From contig NIVC01000278.1 in the NCBI GenBank assembly GCA_002269645.1, forward strand, positions 248,001-312,000: a DNA stretch of 64,000 nt, given 5' to 3'. Of the stretch, positions 16,386 to 25,924 are shown piece by piece. A model generated the notes under the pieces. It saw only the letters and a program-made list of their open reading frames with translations. It was not told where the DNA came from and did no database searches. The position numbers and the translations under genes were made by a program. This stretch comes from Macrostomum lignano. Taxonomy: Eukaryota. Position 1 is the stretch's first letter, and each line of letters starts with the position of its first letter.

Positions 16386-16832
16386 ACTGGGAGGCTGGCT
16401 GAGCAACTGAGAATCTGGGAGGCTGGCCCAGCAACTGAGGATCTGGGAGGCTGGCCCAGCAACTGAGGATCTGGGAGGCTGGCCCAGCAACTGAGGATCT
16501 GGGAGGCTGGCTGAGCAACTGAGAATCTGGGAGGCTGGCCCAGCAACTGAGGATCTGGGAGGCTGGCCCAGCAGCTGAGGATCTGGGAGGCTGGCTGAGC
16601 AACTGAGAATCTGGGAGGCTGGCCCAGCAACTGAGGATCTGGGAGGCTGGTGCAGAAACTGAGGATCTGGGAGGCTGGCCCAGCAACTGAGGATCTGGGA
16701 GGCTGGCCCAGCAACTGAGGATCTGGGAGGCTGGTGCAGAAACTGAGGATCTGGGAGGCTGGCCCAGCAACTGAGGATCTGGGAGGCTGGCCCAGCAACT
16801 GAGGATCTGGGAGGCTGACCCAGCAACTGAGG
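16386..16832. repeat. 28-bp minisatellite
   Basis: Same unit. Confidence 0.95.
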
Positions 16833-17077
16833 AGCTTAATCGCATGACAACCCACACAGCCTAACCAATATAATTACCATTTATATATATATAGCATAGT
16901 ATTAAAAAAGTATTACATAACTAACTTACTTTAACGCCAGGGCTTATATATTTATCCACATTAAAACTCGCGGTGATCATGATCAATCTAAAAATTAGGA
17001 ATTTCATTAATAAATTTAGCAACAAAAACCAGGAACAAAAACATACTATTTCACTATAGGCACTATAGCATTACTAG

Positions 17078-17156
17078 TCAGAGAAAGGTAACTTGTAAGA
17101 CCAATTCACAGTTTAAGTAATTCAACTCAGAGGTGTCCCAAGAGTATTGTCATCAT
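17078..17156 (-). ncRNA. Box C/D snoRNA A1
   Basis: Same boxes and guides as other A1 copies. Confidence 0.85.
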
Positions 17157-17347
17157 TTAGATGTAGAAAGAAAAGAAATTGCATAACAAACTAACATATA
17201 GTGCATTACTTACCCCATCAATACTAGCTGATGTGACATCTGCAGACAAGAACTTGATAATCTGAAATTTAAAGTTGAAAAATTATTTTTGAAACTGTAA
17301 TCTAAAGCAGTAAAAGTGCATGACATAACAGTTACGAAGCTGATTGA

Positions 17348-17421
17348 TCAGAGGAAAGGTAACTTGGGGTCAAAATCAAATTTGATAGATCAGAAGGTGT
17401 CCCAAAAGGTTACGTCATCAT
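17348..17421 (-). ncRNA. Box C/D snoRNA A2
   Basis: Same boxes and guides as other A2 copies. Confidence 0.85.
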
Positions 17422-17630
17422 AACAATTAGAGGATCTAAGTGTCAATACTGATAAATATTATTCAACAAACTTACAATTATTTAGCGAAAAACCGGTGAA
17501 ATAAGACATCTAAAATTGAAAAAGTAATGGGTAGGGTAACGACAATTTATTGAAATTAGTATAAATTTGCTACCGATATGAAATTTTAGATATATTATAC
17601 ATATTTAGTTATAAAACTCCTACACTGTTT

Positions 17631-17704
17631 TCAGAAATGCAAATAACTGAAAATCAAACTGCCTCATTTGAAGCAGTAATAAGGTCTCCAAGTTTTTTCA
17701 TCAT
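17631..17704 (-). ncRNA. Box C/D snoRNA family C
   Basis: Same as other C copies. Confidence 0.75.
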
Positions 17705-17863
17705 TGATAAGGTGGGGACTGTATAGTAGTGATAGAACATGGTACTCACCATGAGTAGTATACCACGGAAAATACGCAATTTTTTCTGCAAAAAGTTGAA
17801 AAAATCTTTTAAATCACTTGAATTTTTAGATAGAATACGAAAATGTGTAAATTTCTATTAACC

Positions 17864-17931
17864 TCATAGGTGAAAGTGTCATTCATAAACTTTAAAGTTC
17901 TGTTGGATCGCCGTAAGCATTTTCTAATCAC
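17864..17931 (-). ncRNA. Box C/D snoRNA family B
   Basis: Same as other B copies. Confidence 0.75.
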
Positions 17932-17982
17932 AGGTAGATCAATATGTGCGAGTGCGAAACACACTTAGGGGCGAAGGTGGAG

Positions 17983-18180
17983 GTTGGCCCAGCAACTGAG
18001 GATCTGGGAGGCTGGCCCAGCAACTGAGGATCTGGGAGGCTGGCCCAGCAACTGAGGATGTGAGAGGCTGGCCCAGCAACTGAGGATCTGGGAGGCTGGC
18101 CCATAAACTGGGAATCTGGGAGGCTGGCCCAGCAATTGACTCTCTGGGAGGCTGGCCTAGCAACTGAGGATCTGGAAGGC
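17983..18180. repeat. 28-bp minisatellite
   Basis: Same unit. Confidence 0.9.
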
Positions 18181-18402
18181 AAGGTATGCTATAGTAACTA
18201 AAAAAATGCATTCTTGAAATCGCTACTTACATTGCAAGTTTCACTGGTGAAGATTATAACGTATAATCAATTTTTGCATTTCTCTTGGACGCTGATCTTT
18301 GAGCTGAAATATATAGAAAAATGAAGTTATGTTTGCGCTAATTAATTCACTATGAAGTAGGTGAAATGATGAAAGACAAAATTATTAAAATATAAACAAA
18401 GA

Positions 18403-18468
18403 TCAGACAAAGGTAACTAGAAAATTGAAGTCACTGTCACTCAGAGGTGTCCCAAGAGTTGTCATCAT
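18403..18468 (-). ncRNA. Box C/D snoRNA A1 (diverged spacer)
   Basis: Only the boxes and both antisense elements are conserved. Confidence 0.85.
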
Positions 18469-18665
18469 TAAAAACTATGACTAGCTTTATCCATCAAACA
18501 TACGAGTTTGAAATGTAATTTTATGTTAAATAACTTACCAAATATTTGGCAGTAGAAAGTGTTCCAATTTTTGTAAGCTGAAATAGTTGAATATGATTTA
18601 ACCATTTTCAAATTTGTTGTAAATTGTATAAAAGTTGAGTCCATACAAATGGCATAGATAATTAC

Positions 18666-18733
18666 TCAGAAAGGTAACTTAGAATTAAAAATCAAATCAA
18701 TTGATCAGAAGGTGTCCCAATTTTTGTCATCAT
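18666..18733 (-). ncRNA. Box C/D snoRNA A2 (diverged spacer)
   Basis: ATGATGA...TTGGGACACCTT-CTGA...AGTTACCTTT-CTGA. Confidence 0.85.
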
Positions 18734-18940
18734 TTGAGCCTAAATGCTTTAATAAAATTACTATAAGGGGTCTAATTTTTAAGATTAACAAAAAACACAA
18801 CAAGCTTACTCACCATAAGTAGTATGCCTAGAAAAACACCGATATTTTCTGCAATTATTAATGAAAAAATACATTCAATAATTGTAATTAAATTAAAGTA
18901 TAAATTTCTTATTATAATCAAGATTAATGATAACTTAACC

Positions 18941-19006
18941 TCATAGGTGAAAGTGTCATTCATAAGGAAAACATCAGTTGGATCGCCGTAAGCAATTTCT
19001 AATCAC
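18941..19006 (-). ncRNA. Box C/D snoRNA family B
   Basis: GTGATTA, CTTACGGCGATCCAA-CTGA, TTTCACCT-ATGA. Confidence 0.8.
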
Positions 19007-19267
19007 AGGTTCATCTATATACAGTATTTGCCCATTTTGCAAGCATATCAGTGACTACAGGTAAACTGTGTCAATGTACATTCAATACATGCTTAATCAA
19101 TACTTACATTGCTAAAGTACTAAACTGGAGTTGATTGACCAACGCTTTGCATTTTCTTTTGTTAGCAAACTCTGAAATTTAAAGTATTATTTAAAAAATT
19201 AAGCTGTGGTTACTACAAATTCAATTTAAATGATGAGACCAAGAAATATTTTAATCTAACAAAAAAA

Positions 19268-19347
19268 TCAGACAAAGGTAACTAGAACCGTGAAATCATT
19301 GCTTTAAGTTTCGACTCAGAGGTGTCCCAAGAGTTATTTGTCATCAT
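19268..19347 (-). ncRNA. Box C/D snoRNA A1
   Basis: Boxes and guides conserved, spacer diverged. Confidence 0.85.
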
Positions 19348-19539
19348 TACAATTAATATGCTAATATGATTAAGACAATACTTTACCATAGCAATGTTGA
19401 ACTTACTTACTTAGACTTAGAATCTCAAGGTTAAAATTGTCTTCTGAAAAGTAAAATTGATTTAAAATTATTTAGTAAAACATAGGTACACACAATACAA
19501 TGATACATACATGTAGTTACTATCATATAAAAATGTTTA

Positions 19540-19611
19540 TCAGCACAAAGGTAACTAGAAGCACAGGTCATTTCAATTTGATCAGAAGGTGTCCCAAATG
19601 TTTGTCATCAT
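19540..19611 (-). ncRNA. Box C/D snoRNA A2
   Basis: Boxes and guides conserved, spacer diverged. Confidence 0.85.
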
Positions 19612-19806
19612 TTGCCATGTACACTGTATAGTTAAACAAAAATAGAAGTTGAACATAGCAAAAAATTACCTCACTGTTTCAGTTGGACTTTGCTCAGCTC
19701 AGCTGCCTCAATTGTCATAGCACAGTGAAAATCTGAAAAAATAGATAAAAATACTTTAAATACTTGATCTTTTTTGTAAAACAAATCTTCATACAAAAAA
19801 ATCTAT

Positions 19807-19872
19807 TCAGAGTTTTAAAAAACTTTTCACACAGACAAACAAAGTCAAAAGGTCTCCAAGTTTTTTCATCAT
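19807..19872 (-). ncRNA. Box C/D snoRNA family C
   Basis: ATGATGA...CTTGGAGACCTT-TTGA...CTGA. Confidence 0.8.
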
Positions 19873-20075
19873 TTAATTTATATGTTTATTAACGATTTTT
19901 GCAAGACAAAAAATAATGCAAATGAAACTTACTATAAGGTAAATCATGATATTAGTTCTGCAATCTGCAGGATATCTAAAATAAAAGTGAAACTATAATG
20001 TAATGCTTTACAATAAAGCATTGATTTTTTCATAAATAAATAAACTTGTTCACTGTAATTAATTTGGTGCCTCTC

Positions 20076-20139
20076 TCATAGGTGAAAATGTCATTCATTA
20101 CTGGGATCTGTTGGATCACCGTAAGCATTTTTTAATCAT
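20076..20139 (-). ncRNA. Box C/D snoRNA family B
   Basis: ATGATTA, CTTACGGTGATCCAA-CAGA, TTTCACCT-ATGA. Confidence 0.75.
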
Positions 20140-20353
20140 AGTTTTCAGCTGCACAGAATAATATAATAATCTAAAATCTTGCATAATTATTAAGCAATTC
20201 AAAAATAAAAATAATGCTATTTACCTGGTTTTGTAGGCTTTCAATGTGACTATAATAAAAAATCTAAAATCTGAAAAGGTTGAAAACATACATACTTACA
20301 TTAAAATAATTATATCAAATCTCTTCAAAAATTCAATTCAAAGTGGATATGGC

Positions 20354-20428
20354 TCAGAAACAGTGTAACTACAATCATTTAAGTCTTGTTCAAGATGATC
20401 ATAAGGTCTCCAAAGATTGTTTCATCAT
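20354..20428 (-). ncRNA. Box C/D snoRNA family C
   Basis: ATGATGA...TTGGAGACCTT-ATGA...CTGA. Confidence 0.8.
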
Positions 20429-20636
20429 ATTTTTTTATATGCTGGAAAACTAGAACAAAGTACATTGAAAAGTAAGTTACCTTTCTTAAACCAAAAAGCA
20501 CTGATTTTAATTGATCCAATATATAAATGCAGATATCTGCTGACACATCCTAAAAAATCAATGCACATATTATGTCAATCATGTGGGAAACTTGGACTAG
20601 ATTAGGCTTAAAAAGCAGTGTAAACAAGATAGCCTG

Positions 20637-20701
20637 TCATAGGTGAAAGTGACATTCATAAAAAGTGATCAGTTGGATCGCCGTAAGCATTTTTTAATCA
20701 T
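20637..20701 (-). ncRNA. Box C/D snoRNA family B
   Basis: ATGATTA, CTTACGGCGATCCAA-CTGA, TTTCACCT-ATGA. Confidence 0.8.
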
Positions 20702-21275
20702 TCATTACTAAAAATCCTTTATAGCTATTCATGCATATTGCCATACCATAGCTAATGAAGTTTTTAGAACTTTTCCTATCTTTTAATGGTGTCAAATTCA
20801 ATGCCAAAAGTTCCTGTATCATTCAATATAATATAGTGAGGATTTAAAGAGTGACAGCAATAGTTTAACTTTAACTTGGCACTCATCAAGTGTCTCATTA
20901 ATTTATTGTAGAATAGCCTGTGTAATCTCCAATTTTGTGTATATATGATGCATAATGCACATGGAAAAAAACTTGTGTGTTTCTGTTCCTGCACCTATTA
21001 TCGATATATTTTCTAAAACATCTGTATAATGTAACTTCCCATAATCCCATTGCTATATTTCAAACTATGTTAGAACTGTAATAAGCCCTATTATAAATTT
21101 CAAATGAACTGCTATAAGTCATTGAAAAAGAACAGAATAGCTTACCATATATCAATTTACATGGCCTATATTCCAGGACCAATATTCATTGATGATTCTA
21201 AAACAAGTAGGCAATAACTTTTTGTAATTTAAGCATACACAGATATAGTTAAACTACTAATGTACAAATGTAAAA

Positions 21276-21352
21276 TCAGCAAAAGGTAACTGGTTAAAGT
21301 GAAGTCATGGTAATTTAGACTCAGAGGTGTCCCAAGAGTATATTGTCATCAT
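21276..21352 (-). ncRNA. Box C/D snoRNA A1
   Basis: Boxes and guides conserved. Confidence 0.85.
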
Positions 21353-21550
21353 GTAAGAATAAATCTATATAACTAATTCAAAAAGTTAATTTTTTAAACA
21401 ATGATAATTAATTGGAGTCATTGAACTTACCACTTTATTATAATCATCATTGATGACAAGATTTTCTTCATTGGATATTTATCTGGAAATGCGAAAAAAT
21501 AAATTTAATAATGTTTATTGACTTAATTTTCAAAAAAGATATAGATGTAT

Positions 21551-21616
21551 TCAGATAAAGGTAACTTAATGTTAGTATCAATTTAAATCAAAAGGTGTCC
21601 TAATTTTTGTCATCAT
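21551..21616 (-). ncRNA. Box C/D snoRNA A2
   Basis: ATGATGA...TTAGGACACCTT-TTGA...AGTTACCTTT..CTGA. Confidence 0.8.
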
Positions 21617-21812
21617 ATGTTACTTTTCAACCTAGGAAATGGAAAAAAAACAATATTTTAAATAATGCACAAACCTTTTTGGTAATTTTATACTAGTCTT
21701 CTACAAAAATAGCCAAGATATCTGCATAGGAAAATGTTTTTATCAATATAATAAGATACAAATACAAAGTGAAAACAATATCTTTAATAGCCACTTCTAA
21801 TTTTTATATTAA

Positions 21813-21878
21813 TCAGATTAGCAAAAAAATACATTGTTTTTTTTAATAGTCAAAAGGTCTCCAAGTGATATCTATCAT
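21813..21878 (-). ncRNA. Box C/D snoRNA family C (degenerate C box)
   Basis: ATGATAG...CTTGGAGACCTT-TTGA...CTGA. Confidence 0.6.
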
Positions 21879-22111
21879 TTTATTTCAAACTAGGCCTAAG
21901 ATTTGAAGATTAAGGTGCAAAATTTGTTTAGATTAAAAATGTTAATACTACTGATAAACTATAAATAAGAACTATAATGTAATGCTATTATTAATAAAAA
22001 TAATATTATTAAAATATCTGTATCACAGATATTTCTTATTTTATTTCTAGACTAGAGGAAAGGGTATATATGCTTTTGGTTCTTATGCTTTTTAATACCA
22101 GGCAATTAGGA

Positions 22112-22320
22112 GGGCTGTAGCCCAGCGGTAGCGCAGCTGCTCGGGTATGCCAGCAACCCAGGCTTGATTCCAAGTGCAGTCATTAATTTGGGGCTGAATT
22201 GGAATCTCAGCTTGGCTTTTCTCGTGCAATTAACGGCAATTAGTCGGCGGAATAGGCAGTAATGCCTCTCACCGGTTGTGTGCCTATGTCGCTTAAAGTG
22301 CGCCAGGGTGCACACAACCC
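22112..22320 (+). mobile_element. tRNA-derived SINE
   Basis: GGGCTGTAGCCCAGCGG A-box and GCTTGATTCC B-box-like head; body matches an inverted fragment at 34331-34393. Confidence 0.65.
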
Positions 22321-23108
22321 CCCTGCCTCTAAAAAAATTAAGAAATTAGGACTCTATTGAGATTTTATATTAATTTTTTTAGATTTAAATTCTATTTCAA
22401 TATTATTTGCCTGAGTAAAAATATGTCTTAATAAGACATAATAAAATTAGACAAATAATAAAGAAGTTAATATCTTTTATTAAAAATTCAAGTATATTCA
22501 ATATTAAAAATATTTAGGAATATAAAATAGATTTTATATTAACTTTTAATATATTACTTCACATTGATCAAGGCACTCAGGCTATAAACTGAAATACTAG
22601 ACAGAGATAGACAGATCTTTATGATTTAATACATTGTAACAGTTGGACAATATTAACTTTTTTATATTTTTAAGCTTCAATACTTTGTTGATAATATATT
22701 ATAAGATATAATTGAGACTTGAAGATATTTAATTTAACTCAATAAAAACAAAGCTTCATTTATACACTTTATTGGAATAAGTGGACAAAAGGCATCTGCC
22801 TATCCATTGCAATTTTGGAATTTTTTGGTGTTGCATTGGGGCTAGAATCAAAGTAGATAATATAGCAATGTGTATAGTGCAATTTTAGGGTAAATGGCAA
22901 TAATAAGCAAAAGTAACTTTGACTATCTTATTAAGGCTAAATGCCCCATTATCTAATTAGTACTACACCTATATTTGGTACAAAAGTTAGGCCTAACCCT
23001 AATATATTCTGTGTCACAATGCATTTTATGGCTATAATTTTAGACCTTGTATTGCTTGTTTGTAGGTTTTCTATACTTATTCTAATAGGGTTTTATATTT
23101 AGGTGATG

Positions 23109-24308
23109 GTCATTTCGTCAACTGGCATTTCGTCAACTTGGTTGACGAAGTGACCAAAGTGTTGGGGCGACTTTATTGGTGGTTGACAAAGTGACCAATG
23201 CCTAGGTCCTTCCCATTTGCTTTTTGACGAAGTGACTAAAATTTTCATTCATTCATTTGAGATATCTATGACTATATACTAAATAAATTAGTCAAGGACC
23301 ACTGAAGTCACTTAAGCGCAGTCCTTGAAATGAGTGCAGTACAGTTGCGCAATGTTTGAATTAGTTGAAAATTTAAGCATTTTCAGCTAGACTTTCGGCT
23401 ACTCCAACACAGAATTAAATATTGGCCTGGTTATGTCATAATGCCACAAACTAACAACAAGAGTTTGGGTGCCCTTAGATTAGAAGAAATTATGTGCAAT
23501 ATGCCCTCCCATCATTAGCCCCCCCACTCTAAAATATGTTCCGACACTATACTGGCTTGAGCTACAGTATATTTACATGGTAGTCTGGGGAGTCCTGCAG
23601 TCCGAGGCCAGCTTAATATACAGCTGACTGCTAGAGGGCAGCGTTGTTCCACGCGAGGCGATGATTGAGACCGTCCTGCTATATACTGTCAAGACCTGGA
23701 CGCTGATGAAGTTGCTCGAACAACAAGTTGACGTGGCACACGCTGGCCTATTACACGCCGCCTTAAAGATTGCCTACGCGAGTGACCATAACACGGCTTT
23801 TGTATCACCGCGCCAACCTGTTCCATCCAATTCAACCTGCTGCACAGTCATACATGACCACATTCATGTATGCAATGGCTTGATTTGGAATGCTTTCTAT
23901 ATGTATGATTTGCGAATAAGAGGACCCAGCCACTTCAAGCGTTATCTTTGGTCCGGGTTCTCCTCAACTACATGTACTATTTCTTAATTAACTTCTGAAT
24001 TCAAAATTTAACATACAAATGTGCACACGGGATGTCAACCCCGTTGTGCTGCACACGTTTCAAACATATGGGTGCATTATATTTTGTTAGTACATGTACA
24101 AGCGTATAACAGAGACGCATCGATCGAAAGCTGGCAGATGTTGCAGAGGGTATGAATATTAATTAGCCTGTCAACTTAGTCATTTCAGGGTTCAGTTTTA
24201 CTTTTTTGCGGCTGCGGGGGGTAGTTTATTGGCAGTTGACGAAACGACCAGTGATAAAACTGAGTTGACGAAATGGCCAGTTGACGAAACGCTAGTTGAC
24301 GAAATGAC
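23109..24308. mobile_element. Non-autonomous DNA element with arrays of inverted GTTGACGAAA motifs at both ends
   Basis: GTCATTTCGTCAACT at 23109 and AGTTGACGAAATGAC ending at 24308, each with several internal motif copies; no TSD recognised. Confidence 0.55.
23661..23775 (+). pseudogene. RTE-type non-LTR retrotransposon RT C-terminal fragment
   Basis: IETVLLYTVKTWTLMKLLEQQVDVAHAGLLHAALKI resembles the RTE motif VETVLLYGAETWTL...LLR..L.I. Confidence 0.65.
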
Positions 24309-25924
24309 TAGGCCTAGGACCTTTATATTTAATATCACATCTTAAATCACAACCTATGATTTGCAAGAAGCAAAAATTTTAGGTGCATCATTTTTTAAAA
24401 CTAAAGGCACAACATGAGATTTGTTATACTTGCTGCACTAGGCCTATAGTATTAGATTACATGCCTCCTATGTGAGAAAGAGGCCTCTTCCTAAAAAGGT
24501 CACAGCCAATGGCAACATGCTAGGTGAATGGTGAATATTAGCTGTAGGAGCCTATAGCTGTAGTCCTGCAGAACTTTAGTCCATAGACAATAGACTGTTA
24601 TTACAATACATGGCATAGAGTAGAGTCAGTCAGTGACCAATAAAGGTAGGCCTACAGGGGTACATGTTGCTTTATTTGTCCTTATATAGAGTTAGAAGAA
24701 ACTAATTAGGCCTGCCGCATAAATACTACAGTAAGCACTAGCATTTAGCAGTAGTAGGCCTATCTAAATAGATAATAGGCCCCAGATAAAAGGTTAAAAA
24801 CAGTAACAGTTTGCAGCGCATGTGATGTGCATTTATGCACAAACAGAAGCTGCTAAAAATCAGAATGTTCTTTAATATCTATGCTACAACGATTAGAAAT
24901 CGGGAGAGAACACACCAGCCGAAGAAAGGTAGGCCCAGCAGGCGATCCGAGAGACGAAGTAATTAAGGGGAGCTATCTTACGAGCAGCAGCCGCTCGACA
25001 TGCAGCAGAATTCCGTGTAGGTGTTTTGCGTTTAAAAATTAATTTTTTGTTATAGTGCTTTTATAGGTTTTAACAAAAAGTACTAAGTAGCTACAATAAT
25101 ATACAATTTATTATAACTGATTTGTGCGAAAGATTTTTTAAAAAATTTTTTGCATTAGAAAAAAATGTTTCTTTTAAAAATTAAAATGTCTCTAGAGTAA
25201 ACACTTGTCTTAATTAACTTCGCAATAAAAGTTTCTTTTTAATACAAGCTTCACCAATTTCTATGATTTAAAACAGTCTAGTCTGTGGAGAGACAGTTAA
25301 AGTAAAACATTGGATAGGCTTAAACAACAGAATTAACCGTAAATCATATTTTAGTCCAAACAAAAAGAAAAAGCTCTAGTTCTCAAGTCAGCTGATGAAT
25401 TACAGCTTTGATTTTCTGCTTTTTTCAGTTAAAAAAACTTACTAAAAAATAAGTGCTTTTAGAAGTGCTGATTTGGGACTGTAATCTATCATAAAAAAGC
25501 CAATGCTGAGATCTGAGCGATTTTTGATATTTATCCTAAAGGCTAATTTCAATATATGTATGATCTATGATTCTATTTATTTTTAAAGCTAGCTCTTGCT
25601 TTCAATATATAGCATAGGCACAGATTAACTCAAATATGTTTTGTGTCAACAAATTCTTGATTCTTTTAGATGTTATTTATGTTTGATACTTAAATTCTAT
25701 TTAGTTTCGACCTAAATTTTTAGCAATTATTGAGAGACCTTTTAAGCTCTTAACTTTTTAACATGGGGAACAATAACGGAACACTGCTTCTAATGAATTA
25801 ATTAATAAAGAAGTAAATACAGCTAAAATTACATAACAATAATGGTGCAAAATGTTTGCTGAAAAAACGTATATAGATTTGTCTTTTGAAGGCGCTTTTT
25901 TACTATAAAAACTACAACTTATGA

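Larger units (their letters stand above)
12462..21950 (-). ncRNA. Multi-exon non-coding snoRNA host gene (UHG/GAS5-like)
   Basis: 25-75 nt exons with minus-strand GT-AG sites, e.g. 14452-14418, 14170-14137, 13933-13886, 13659-13602, 13384-13347, 13137-13111, 12618-12576, 12487-12462; no ORF; C/D snoRNAs in the introns. Confidence 0.8.

Noticed and set aside
13750-21616. Recurrent motifs as a CRISPR array, or as plus-strand splice donors (AAAG|GTAACT)
   Set aside because: Eukaryotic locus with irregular spacing and no cas genes; the motifs are explained as minus-strand snoRNA boxes and guides
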